Shown one piece after another: positions 12,866 to 23,810 of a stretch of DNA of 64,000 nucleotides. Position numbers and translations under genes: made by a program. The DNA lies in NCBI RefSeq assembly GCF_009914755.1, contig NC_060933.1. The stretch is one strand, 5' to 3'. The DNA is from the human T2T-CHM13v2.0 reference genome, Homo sapiens. The notes beneath the pieces were generated by a model, which ran no database searches, was not told where the DNA came from, and saw only the letters and a program-made list of their open reading frames with translations. How positions within the stretch are numbered: position 1 is the first letter of the stretch; the number at the start of each line of letters is the position of its first letter.

Positions 12866-13774
12866 CTGGACAGGAGACCTTGATGTGAAGGATGGTTTCC
12901 TCTGAGTTCTTGGCTGGTGGGTTTCTGGGAGACTTATCAGAAGGCTGAAGGACACCCTTGGGTTCAGGAAGCCACCAAATAATTTCCCTGCATAGCTCTG
13001 TTGGGAACTTGCATTTTGCAGTGGGCTTTCCTTTAGTCTGGGCCTTTTATGAGAAGAAGCTGCAGAGCTAGGCCAGACCCCACAAGGCTTTTGTGATTTG
13101 GAAATAGGCAGCTAACAGGGAATGAGATTTTTTTCTGGTTGGTTCCCTGCCAAACCGATTCAAGACATACATAAAATTTAAGTCTTTGGTTCCCCTGATT
13201 TTTGTTTCTCCTGCATTTGGCTCTCCTATGAGCAACCTCTCATTCCATTTACTATTATCTTGGATTGAATTATGAAACCGGAAGAATTTGCAGAACTAGC
13301 CAGGGTAAATGGGTCTTGCTAATCCTGTGGTTAGAGGGTCAAATCAGCAAAACACTTGGGTGTGAATTGTCCAGAGCCAATTTCATTACTCCCTCTATTT
13401 GTAAAACCTGGGTGAGAAAAATTGTATTAATAACAAGAAAAAAATCCCTTGAGTGGTTTTCCTACTTCACATGTCTCAGCCCACTCCACAGCACACTGCA
13501 GAAATCCAACTCTTCCCTTTGAAAGTCGTCTGCATCTCTGGCCTAGCTTGCCCCTCTGGAAACATTATTCTCTCTTCAATCCCACAAACGTTTTCATTGC
13601 TTTAGCAAGTCAGGTTCATGGCAAAAGCTCTGCCCCCAAAGAACAGAGTTCCAGGCTGTACTCTGTCTTGTTACGACTGACTTACAAAACATATGGATGC
13701 ATGCATAGGTTTGACTGGGAAATGTCTGCTGCTATGTGGCATGGGTACACAGAGTAGAGGCAAAGAAAAGTCTA

Positions 13775-14227
13775 CATGGTGGATTGCAGAACTGTTCCTG
13801 ATTCTTTTCAACCCTCCCTGTCTTTATATCCTTTCCCTTCTGAGCAGAGGTGGAGAATATTTTCCTGCCTCCACGATGTTGGGTTTGGCCATGTGATTTG
13901 CTCTGGCCAATGGTGATGCTAGTGAATGTGATGCAAGCAACAATCAGAAATGTTCTTGTGTGATTGGGTCTGCCTCTTTGGCTCCTATCACCACCATGAA
14001 AACATGTCCCGGGTAGCCTGTTCATCCCAGGAGAAAACGAAATATGAGAAGCAAACCCAAACCAAACCTGCAGTCTAGAGTCAAGCCCAGCACAAAACCC
14101 CACCAAGAGGAGCCAAACCCCAGCCAACTGCACATGTGAGAGTTGGAAATACATGTTTATTGTTGCAGACACTGATTGTGAGGTGTTTTGTTTTGCAGTA
14201 GTATTGTGGCAAGTGCTAACTCATACA
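13775..14227 (+). mobile_element. MaLR LTR (MLT1H/I/J-like)
   Basis: tttggccatgtgatttgctctggccaatgg...tgtttattgttgcagacactgattgtgaggtg...gctaactcataca. Confidence 0.75.
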
Positions 14228-14467
14228 GTCCATTCGAGACCAGTTAAATTCGTATCTTTAATTTTGTTAGCACAACTCAAGAAAGAAACCAATGCTCCAT
14301 ACTGCAGCTCTGTGGCAACTCTGTGGAGTCTCCAGTTGACCCAATGGTGTCAACAACAGAACTCTTCTTGCAGAACCTCAAATGCTGAAATGTGATCATA
14401 TAAAATTGATGAATACCTTCTAAGGCTGAACAGTGGCCACCCAGGAATGTCTGCTTGGCCCAGAGGG

Positions 14468-14479
14468 GAGGAAGTGAAA
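14468..14479 (+). promoter_or_regulatory. Candidate ETS-IRF composite element (PU.1/IRF)
   Basis: GAGGAAGTGAAA matches GGAAnnGAAA with PU.1-type flank; motif only, no functional data. Confidence 0.4.
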
Positions 14480-14779
14480 TGTAACAGTCACGAACAGGAC
14501 TGTGAAGTTCACGGCTGAGGTAAAATCATGAAATAAATGGTGACAGAAAAAAGGAACATTGTACGTGTGTTCTTCAGGATGAAATTTCTCAAGATTCTGC
14601 TTTCTGGGAGGTAAGTGAATGGCTTGAGTGTGTGTCGGGGGGGGGCAGGGGCTGCCTCCTTGAGTGGTCCTTCTGACTCTTTGGCTGTGGGTTTTTTAGG
14701 AAGGATCACTTCTTTTGTAAACCTGTATTTGAATGATCGCCTGAAGCCACCCTGTGACAGTGACAGTGGGCTTGGCCTC

Positions 14780-15600
14780 TGTTCTTGGACCTTTAGTTTT
14801 CTTTCTGCATTTACTCTCCAGGGGATTCCATTCAGTCCCATGGCTGTAGATCCCGTCTTGATCCTGATGAGTTGAAAAATATTAATACATCTATCTCCGG
14901 CCAAGGATTCCCTTGAATTCCAATCTCTTACATCTAATGGTCAACTGGAGGATTTCAGTTGTAGTGTATAACTCAGATGTTACACATGTATAATATACGT
15001 TGTATATATAATATTTTTATAATTATGTATGTAAGATACGTAATCTTATATTACTCTATATATTGATATGTATAACACAACTGAATATGTATAATATCTT
15101 GAGATGTATAATGGGTACCACCTGCTGAACGTCTGAAATTGAACTGATATTCACCCTCCCTAATAATTTCTTCCCCTTTCCATCTAAATGAATAGAAACT
15201 CCATCCTTTCAATTGCTCAGGCCAAAAGCCATGGAGTCATGTTGACTTCTTCTACTTTTTTTTCTTTTTTGAGACAGAGTCCCCGCTCTGTCGCCCAGGT
15301 TGGGCAGGGCTGGACTCAAGCACCAGCCAGGCTGCCGTTCTCCAGCTGAACCAAATAGATTCAGACCAGCAGGGGGTAAGGCGTGAACCAGGATACTTCT
15401 TACCTCTCTGACCTCCCCTCACTCCCTGGTCTCCTCCTTGTTGTCGGGGAGCTGTCAGAGCCTGCCAAGCTTGCTCTCGCCTGGGTCTCTCCACTTGCTG
15501 CTCCTGCTGTCTGGAATGCCCTTCCTTCCCCAAAGGGTCAGGGAGGTCCACGCTCTTCTTCTTTCAGGTCTTCCATGAAAAATCATGTTCTCAGTGAGGA
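14780..15600 (+). mobile_element. L2 fragment, interrupted by an AT-rich stretch and the insertion at 15256-15400
   Basis: ttgctcaggccaaaagccatggagtcatgttgact...; ctgtctggaatgcccttcc...ttctcagtgagg. Confidence 0.7.
15256..15299 (-). mobile_element. Severely 5'-truncated Alu (tail plus about 30 bp)
   Basis: poly-T followed by gagacagagtccccgctctgtcgcccagg. Confidence 0.85.
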
Positions 15601-15755
15601 AGATGCTCCAGGAACACGTGTGAAATGAACAAAAGGGCAGGATTGCCCAGGGCAGGAGTATCCTTGTTCATGCCTTTACCCCTCTGCTGCTGTGAACCTA
15701 TTTGGTTCAGCTGGAGAACGGCAGCCTGGCCAGGGCTTGAGTCCAGCCCTGCCCA
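15301..15755. repeat. Inverted repeat, about 100-bp arms (15301-15400 and 15654-15755)
   Basis: tgggcagggctggactcaag...ggatacttct against its reverse complement; about 9 substitutions and 2 single-base indels by hand alignment. Confidence 0.95.
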
Positions 15756-15985
15756 CCGCTGCCAGCAGCACCAAGGCTGGCGTCCTCTCAGCACTCACCG
15801 CAGGCCGGGCCCTGGGCTCAGCCCTTCCTGTGCACCACCCACTTCACTCTCCAAGCACCACGGGAGGCAAAGGCTACTACCGCCAGCTGGGTGCAGAGCC
15901 AGTCCTCCAAGACCACAAGAACAGCCTAGAGCCATTTCATTGGAGGTGGGGAGACATGCAGTGCGTTTAAAAAACAGCACATTTT

Positions 15986-16305
15986 GGCCGGGCGCGGTGG
16001 CTCACGCCTGTAATCCCAGCACTTTGGGAGGCCGAGGCGGGGGGATCACGAGGTCAGGAGATCGAGACCATCCTGGCTAACACGGTGAAACCCCGTCTCT
16101 ACTAAAAATACAAAAAATTAGCTGGGCGAGGTGGCGGGCGCCTGTAGTCTCAGCTGCGCGGAAGGCTGAGGCAGGAGAATGGCGTGAACCCCCGGGGGCG
16201 GAGCCTACAGTGAGCCGAGATCGAGCCACTGCACTCCAGCCTGGGCGACAGGGAGACTCCGTCTCAAAACAAAAACAAAAACAAAAAAACAACAACAAAA
16301 AAAAC
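15986..16305 (+). mobile_element. AluY (AluYe-like diagnostics)
   Basis: CpG-rich full-length Alu; gggcgaggtggcggg, cccccgggggcggagcct, gggcgacagggagac; 11-bp TSD cagcacatttt (15975, 16306). Confidence 0.95.
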
Positions 16306-16544
16306 CAGCACATTTTCTGGAGGCCAACAGATCACCCAAAGTCCACCTCGAAAGTGTAGATGGAGTTTATTTTTTGAATTCCCCTTGTGTGGATCAGGGT
16401 CGTGTTGGTTACTTGTCAGGGGTTTAGAATCAGGTTTGGGATAAGAAAAGGAGACAGTGGCAAAGGAATGTCCCCTTCATCAGCGTGCATGTGGGAGTCA
16501 GTGCTGAAGGGGATTTTTTTCTTTTTCCCAACTTGTTCCAGAAA

Positions 16545-16860
16545 ACAAATGACTTGAAATGACAACCCATGGGCCAAATTGAGTCACAGACGTGTTTTGT
16601 TTGGCCCATGCAGAGCTTTTTGAAAAATCTGAGCCAACGCTTAAACATCAGGAATTTCACATAAATACCTGAAACTTTGGAATGTCCTAGATGTCCAGGA
16701 GACCTGGTGATTGCAGTCCACACTCCTGTGTGGCAGCAGCCAATGACGCCCCTTTCAGATGAGGCCATTGCTTCCCACTCACCTCGGTCCCCACCAGGCT
16801 GGCCTTATATACTGGTGTTAACTGCCTTTGCCTCAGGAGAATTTGAATTTGCCACTCCTG
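16545..16860 (+). mobile_element. hAT-Charlie MITE (MER102-like)
   Basis: cagacgtgttttgtttggcccatgcag...gaatttcacataaat. Confidence 0.6.
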
Positions 16861-17009
16861 AAATAAAGTCATCTTTTATTTCAAGAAGCATGGGAAGTTG
16901 AAAATTAAAGCAGTTGCTTCACAGCACAAATAAATTGTACAGCAGACCAAGGGCTACAGACCCGAGAATAATCCCCCAATGGAGTCTACACAAGATTTTG
17001 AAAAAAATA

Positions 17010-17330
17010 CCCCAGCCTAGGTTGGGTTTCCTAGAAGCAGAGCCCAAACCAAGGATTCTGGTGCAAGGGATTTTTTGCAGGATTGGGCAGGGGAAGGAGC
17101 AAGCAAGGGTGTGGCCACTGAGGTTGGATTGCACACAGCGCTGGTCCCACCTTGAGGCAGGGGGCCCCCTTCCCCCTACCAGGGGAGGTAGGGGCTGGAG
17201 GAAATGCCAGGGCAGAGGGGCTCCCACTCAGGGCGCAGAGAGCAGGCTCTGAGCTCTCAGCAGCGGGAAGGGGACTGGGAGCTGGAGGACATGTCCTGGT
17301 AAATGGGATCGAGTGGGCATCTATAGTAGT
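17010..17330 (-). mobile_element. Old ERVL LTR fragment (LTR33/LTR16-like)
   Basis: ctaggttgggtttcctagaagcagagcccaaaccaaggattctggtgcaag. Confidence 0.5.
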
Positions 17331-17559
17331 TACCATACCTCCTACCACCAGTTACAAAGGCAACGAGTGCTTACTACGAAGGGATTCGTAAATATAAGAA
17401 AGGTTAAGGAAAGATCATTACTTGCCTTACAGCCTAGAGATAATAATCCTTCATACACTGTATTATCCTTTCTTCTTTAACTCTGAATTAAAATAACTTG
17501 AGCCCTTACCCTCCACGACTTGTGGGAAATCCAGTGCCCTTCCAATATTTCTGAGCATT

Positions 17560-17952
17560 CTCTAGTGGGGAGAGGGGTGAGTGTGATTGACCAACGACAT
17601 CCTCTGCTGGGATCTGAAATGGATCAATGGATGGCAGTGTGTGTGCCAAGGTCACGCTTTCTGAAGGCCGCTCCCAGCTACCACCTGACAGATAACAAGC
17701 TGCTCTGAGAACTGCCTTTGGCTCCAGGAGTCCCCAGAGCCTTGTAGTGCCTCCCTCCACTGCATGGCAGTCTAGGACGATTCCACCCCACCCTCCTTCC
17801 TTCTCTCCTTCTCTGTGGGTCAGCCCTGCATTGCCAACTCCCCCAGCTTCCTCCAGTTCTCCACCTAGTCTCCATCCAGGCATTTCCGCTGATACAACCC
17901 TTGCATGTTTCATCCTGTCTTCGCATGTGATCCTCAGACCTGGACTAACACA
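17560..17952 (+). mobile_element. Old ERVL LTR (LTR16-like)
   Basis: 3' end cttgcatgtttcatcctgtcttcgcatgtgatcctcagacctggactaacaca. Confidence 0.6.
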
Positions 17953-18549
17953 GGCACTTACCTTCTCCCAGGTTGCCTATTGCTTCCTACACAATTTGTG
18001 GTTCCCTTGGATCATCCTGGCCCCTGCCTCAGCTGGAGGTGACTGAGCACAGGGGTCACAACTCAGAGTTTCCAAAGGGAGAGAAGCAAGCATCAAGAGA
18101 GGCCCTGAAGACACCTTTGATGCCTGACAATGTTGCCTTAGTCTTGCATTTTGTAGGACTCTTCTCTCAGATGCTGAGTCCTGGGCCCACTTAGAAGCCC
18201 ACCTAGGAGGCCAGAGAAGGGCAGGGGCAGAAATCAGCAGCGGAGCTCCTGGCATCCGTGGCCACGGGAGGTGTTGTGTCATGCCCCCGCTCTCTGCTCT
18301 TCTCTCTTCAGCTATGTGCTGTCTCCCAGTTCCCCATCTTGCGCTGCCTATGACTCGCTGTGCAGTCTTCTTGCTCCCCGTGCCCTGCAGTGAGCTGCTT
18401 ACCTAGCATCCTGGCTTTGGCACTAGTGTTTTGGTTCCTGTGTGTAGCAGGTGCTGCCTGTGCCCTGCCCACACCTCCTTGACATTCACGTGTGCCCCAG
18501 AGGCTGCTTATTGCAAACACCCCTGAAAGCCTTTGCTTTTTAAACATGT

Positions 18550-19405
18550 TTAATTTTAGATTCAGGGTGTACCTGTGCTTGTTTCATGGGTGTATTTTAT
18601 CATGGTGGGGATTGGGCTTCTGGTGTACCCATCACTCAAGTAGTGAAGATGGTACCCAATTGTAGTTTTCCAATCCTTTTCCCCTCCCCACCCTCCCCTC
18701 TTTGGGGGTCCCCAGTGTCTATTATTTCCATCTTTCTGTCCAAGTGCCCCCACTGGTTAGCCCCCACTTCTAAGTGAGAACAGACAGTGGTTGATTTTCT
18801 GCTTCTGAGTTATTTCCCTTAGGATAATGGCTTCCAGTTCCATCCATGTTGCTGAAAAGGACATGATTTCATTCTTTTTTATGGCTGCATAGTATCCCAT
18901 GGTGTATATGTACCACATTTTCTTTTTTTTTTTGAGACGGAGTCTTGCTCTGTAGCCCAGGCTGGAGTGCAGTGGCGCGATCTCAGCTCGCTGCGAGCTC
19001 TGCCTCCCGGGTTCACGCCATTCTCCTGCCTCAGCCTCCTGAGTAGCTGGGACTACAGGCACCCGCCAACATGCCTGACTAAGTTTTTGTATTTTTAGTA
19101 GAGACAGGGTTTCACCGTGTTAGCCAGGATGGTCTCGATCTCCTGACCTCATGATCTGCCTGTCTCGGCCTCCCAAAGTGCTGGGATTACAGGCGGGAGC
19201 CACCACGCCCGGCCCACATTTTCTTTATCTAATCCGCCACTGGTGAACATTTAGGTTGGTTCCGTGGCTTTGCTATTGGGAATGGTGCTGCAATAAACAT
19301 ATGCGTGCAGGTGTCTTTTTAATATAATGATCTCTTTTCCTTTGGTTTCCAATACCTGTAGGGGGATTGCTGGGTTGAATGGTAGTTCTATTTTTAGTTC
19401 TTTAA
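18550..19405 (-). mobile_element. L1 3' end (L1PB / old L1PA-like), split by an Alu
   Basis: ttttagattcagggtgtacctgtgc..., ttccatccatgttgctgaaaaggacatgatttcattc; track peptide [22 protein letters not shown] is the L1 ORF2p C-terminus. Confidence 0.92.
18923..19214 (-). mobile_element. AluY inserted in the L1
   Basis: gggttcacgccattctcc, ttcaccgtgttagccagg; TSD cacattttcttt at 18914 and 19215. Confidence 0.96.
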
Positions 19406-19929
19406 GACATGTGAGAACTTTTTCTCATCTTGGAAGGTGCTTGGCCTGAGCTCGGGGCCAGCCAAAAGTGCCATAAAGTTAATGTCCCAGAAGCATCTCT
19501 CACCAATGACAGACAAGGTATTGGATGAGAACCTAGTGTTTTGCCTCGTGGCTGGGGTGACTCTGAGGGGTATTCTGCACAGCCTCCAGAGTTCCCATCA
19601 CACTGCAGTTGTCCTGTGGAAACTGGCTTGGGAACATCCCTTTATTGTCTTCCCTGTGGATGTTTGGGTTTGTGACCCTGTGCAGGAATTACTGGGCACT
19701 ATGTCTGGGGCAGAGGTGACTGAATGTGTGCAAAATGCCTGGAATAAATGGCTGGCATGTGGCTGTGGTGGCCGGGGCTTGAGATTTGGTGGCAGGCCAT
19801 ACTCAGGAAAGAACAGAAGTATCTTTCCAATGCAGATCTGACGGTCAGCACTTAATTCCGGAGCCTAGTATTTTCTCACCAGGACAAAACCCAAAAGGCC
19901 AACTGGCCCCTGAACATGAAGCTTTGAGC

Positions 19930-20030
19930 CCAGCAGTTCTCAACCCTTGGCTCTCCTCTTTAAAGAATACCAAGATTTGGGCCCCACCCCTAGGAATTCA
20001 GGTTTGACGGGTCTGGGGCTGGCCAGGGTA
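19930..20030. mobile_element. MER5-type hAT fragment
   Basis: cagcagttctcaacccttggct...gggccccacccctaggaattc...ggtctgggg. Confidence 0.55.
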
Positions 20031-20047
20031 GCACTAAGAATGCTGGT

Positions 20048-20204
20048 TAGCGTGTGTTGGAGCTGACTTGTGCAGCTCAGGAGGGCCAATGTTCTCTTGC
20101 TGATAGCTTGAAATTGGCCAGGGAGAAATATTCGCATCACAGAAACCAGAACTCATCCCCTCGCTCCAGAGAGCTGGTTGTTAAACACTCCTGGCACACC
20201 ACTG
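20048..20204. mobile_element. MER63-like hAT fragment
   Basis: Terminus gagagctggttgttaaacactcctggcacaccactg. Confidence 0.55.
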
Positions 20205-22109
20205 AAGAGGCCCTGTGTCATTATTACGGGAGCCACAACGTGAGCTGTTCCCTCTGCAGGGGTCAATGTCCCAACGTGGGATTTGTTGCTCACTTTGAGG
20301 CAGAGGCTTTTACCCGCAGAAGGCCTGAGGTCCAACTCAGTGGGGGCCACGTTGAGTCTGTAATTCAACTTTGAAGGTGGAATCTCCCTTTTTCTGCTAG
20401 TTAACTGTGTGACCTTAGAAAAGATGTCTTCATCCTCAGGCCTCCAGCTTTCTGTCTGTTTGATGGGAATGGTAGCCTGGAGCTCCTGGAACTGTGCGAG
20501 AATGAAATGAGGTACCACAACTGGGTCATCTGCCACAGTCTGCCATAGAGACGGGCTCCATGAATGTCCCTTTTCTTTCCCTTTGTCTGAAAGGGGGAAT
20601 AAAGTACAAAATGTTGTTCCCGAGGGTCTCCTTCTTGGAGCTGTTTTCTGAATGACCATACCCTGGCTCTGGGTGGGCCCTGGCCAAAGTCCAGTTGGGA
20701 AGTGCAGGGAAGAACCACAAGGAACTGCTCCTTCCATGGCGGGCCTGGGCCTGGGGGGTACTGGAGGTAAGTTTTTAGCTGGAAATGACTCTTCCAACGA
20801 TGACTGCTTTCCTTGATACAAGAAAACTGGGGGCTGTTGGCCATTGAAAGAATAAAAGCGCGACATTAATTACAGTCTCACCCATGACAATTTACTCTGA
20901 CTAAGATCTTGCCACTCACCGTTTCATATGATCTCTTTTAACCTGAAAAGCAGCTCTTTTGCTCCCTTTCTAACCCAGACCTAGTATTTAGCAGGGTAAT
21001 GGGATTTATGATTTTGTTTACATCAGTCTCCGTGGCGATTCACCATAAAAGATCCGTTGCTTGGCAACTTGGCATTGTGGGGCTGCAGTGGAGGGTGGAA
21101 TTTTTTGTCTCTCTGAATCAAGGGCTTAAGGAATAATGAAAACTTCTGCTCATACTTCTCATGAATGCTTTTATTTTCAAGGTCAACCAAATGTTTTTCC
21201 AGGAAAGACTAATGCACTTTTCTTCAAGCGATACACCGTAAAATGTTTCCCAAGATTATCCTGTCTCTGAGCGGGGGATGACCAGCTCTAGACGTTTTTA
21301 TTCTCTCCTTGCTGCTGCAAAATTAGGTTTGCACAACTCTGAGACCGTCATAATGGAGCAGGTCTGTCTCATTTACAGGCATTTGCCGCACTCATTAGCA
21401 AATGCCTTTTTTTTTTTTTAATGAGCTGCTATACACTCTGAATCACTTCTCATCTCAGAAACCAGTTTCATTTGGTTTGCAGTTGGTTTACCACGATCTC
21501 TTTGATGAAGGGGTCAATGTTAGCAGAGGCCTGGAGGGCACAAAACAGGACCCCAATTTCCCTCTGAGGTTCCCTATTGACTATAGGCGTTTCTACGAAT
21601 GATCAAAGGGCCTGTTTTAAAACATGCAAATGCCCTTTCCTGACCTCTTTCTCAACATGGGCACACATGAAGGGTAAAAGAGTTGACTCATACTGATATG
21701 CATGGACACGGCCCAAGCTGGAGGTGTGGAGGCCACGGCGAGAATAATGATGATGATGACAGTAGCTAATTGAATACTTACCACGTGCTTTATATATATT
21801 ATCTCGCTTAATTCTTGCAACAACACTTAGCCACGTGTCATCAGCTGGGGGGCCAGAGGCAGCTGCCAGTGCAGTCGAGACCCCACTGATGGATACCTCT
21901 CCTGCCAGGCGCCTCACTAATTCCTCCCCACTGCTGTTCCAAGCCAAACCCGGCTCAGCTTCTCACCACGAGGGAACCCCAGCTGCCCTGGTTGTAGGCC
22001 TATTGACATTTCACCCTCACCCTGGGTCAAGTTTGCCTCTGTATTAGATCAATCTACTTGATAACATTGGGTTTAAGGCAGTGATTGTGACTAACCAAAG
22101 TGCGCTAGG

Positions 22110-22285
22110 CTGTGGTGCCTGGGAACGATGAGGATCACCTGGAGGCCTTGTTAGCGTGCAGATTCCAGAGCCTCACCCCTAGAGAATCTAATATAGCAGG
22201 TCTGGAGCGAGGCCCATGCATTTTTCTTTCTTGCAGGCACTGTGATGGTGCTGCTGGCCCCCGGACCTGCTGTGAGCAGCACTGC
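22110..22285. mobile_element. MER5A-like hAT
   Basis: atcacctggaggccttgttagcgtgcagattccagagcctcacccctagaga...tgtgagcagcactg. Confidence 0.65.
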
Positions 22286-22434
22286 TGTCAATGTCTCTGC
22301 CTAAGCCCTTCTCTGAAGCCTGGAAGCATTGCAGTTTCCAGCCTGGGATTTTATGAGGGTTCAGTAAATGTTTGATGAGAAACTTCATGCTACCCAATTT
22401 TCCTGTTTCACTCCCTGCCAAGGACTTGGCGACC

Positions 22435-22553
22435 TTACATTTGTGGAGTGTTTTCAATTTCCATGCATTATGTTACATTCATGGAGTGGTTTCCCATATA
22501 CGTGCATCATGTTACATTCGTGGAGTGGTTTCTCATATACATGCATCATGTTA
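22435..22553. repeat. 39-bp tandem repeat, about 3 copies
   Basis: catgcattatgttacattcatggagtggtttcccatata recurs at 22462, 22501 and 22540 (partial), with a degenerate lead-in. Confidence 0.9.
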
Positions 22554-23083
22554 TTTGGCTCAGTGGGGTATGGTTTTGCCCATTTCATAAATTAAGACAT
22601 GGAGACTAAGATGATGATTTACCTATGTCCAAAGGGCGGCCTATAGACCATGAGCCAGGCCTTTGGATGCTAAGTCCTGTGGTCTGTTCGCTCCACCCTA
22701 GCTGCCTACCTCTGTTTTCCATCATAGAGAAGTGGTCTCAATGCAGCACAATAGAATACAGGCTCTTTGGGGGAGGCAGACGTGGAACCAGGTGAAGAAA
22801 GGAATCCTAAAATAGAGGCTGAGAGCTGGAGTCCTGAACATTCAGTCAGCACCCAGTTCTCCACCCATTAAATGAGGATAAGGGTCTTTCTGTCATAGTC
22901 TGTGCAGAGGGTTGAATGTGTGTCCAGGGTTGTCCCAGAGTGAGCTGTTGCTGGTCTTCCTAGTGAGTAAGGGGAGACACTTGAGGGCCGAGGACAGCGA
23001 GGCTGCTGCTCCTGTCCATTGTGGATGTCCCACAGACCAAGACAAATGTTAGTGATTTTTGTTTAACTCTGAAATGGCAGAAC

Positions 23084-23338
23084 TTTTTTTTTTTTTTTTT
23101 TTTAAGAGACAGGGCTTCGCTCTGTCACCCAGGCTGGAATGCAGTGGTGTGATCATGGCTCACTGTAGCTTCAACTGCCTGGGCTTAAGGGATCTTGAGT
23201 CCAAGTAGCTGGGCTACTCAGCCTCCCAAGTAGCTGGGACTACAGATGTGTGCCATCAAGACCAGTTAATTTAAAGAGTCTTTTTTTTTTCTTTTTTTCT
23301 TTTTAATAGAGATGGGGTCTTGCTATATTGCCAGGCTA
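23084..23338 (-). mobile_element. AluJ, 5'-truncated, with small internal duplication
   Basis: Antisense Alu; ccaagtagctggg duplicated. Confidence 0.9.
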
Positions 23339-23789
23339 GGAAAACATCATTTTTGATGAAACTAAATCTTGGTTATTTTCATTTTGAAACATGAAAGCTT
23401 GTGATTTATAGATCATTTCACTTCTTTTCTTCTTTTAACACTAATTAAGGCATTTAAAAGGGGATTTAAGAAATTGTTCAGTCAACTTGCATGTAAGCAT
23501 GTTAGGGAAGAACAGGGATCACTAGAGGAGAATGTTAATAGTGCCTATTTATCAAGCACCTACTACGTGTGCCAATCACAGCTTTTATGAGGGGAGGCGT
23601 GATGTGGGGAAACCAAGGCTCCCAAGGTCACCTGTGCAAGCTTGCATTTGACCCTGTGCAGCTCAGCCTCCAAAGCCAGCTCTCCTAGCCATTCTGATGT
23701 AATCTCCCCTGTATCAAAAAACAAAATCTACCACTGATTTTACAAAATCTAAGTTTGGAAAGAGAATCTTCTCCCTCTTCTTCTCTCAG

Positions 23790-23810
23790 CTTCAGCTGTT
23801 TTCTAAACAG
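23790..23810 (+). other. Candidate 21-nt (or 15-nt) microexon
   Basis: 21-nt pure pyrimidine tract 23767-23787, then AG, cttcagctgttttctaaacag, and consensus donor CAG|GTGAGT. Confidence 0.4.

Noticed and set aside
20153-20866. 237-aa minus-strand ORF
   Set aside because: Runs through MIR and MER63-like remnants, has no recognisable domain or supporting exon structure; treated as chance.
21377-21419. Bacterial intrinsic terminator
   Set aside because: The shape fits, but the DNA is eukaryotic; kept only as a low-interest hairpin.
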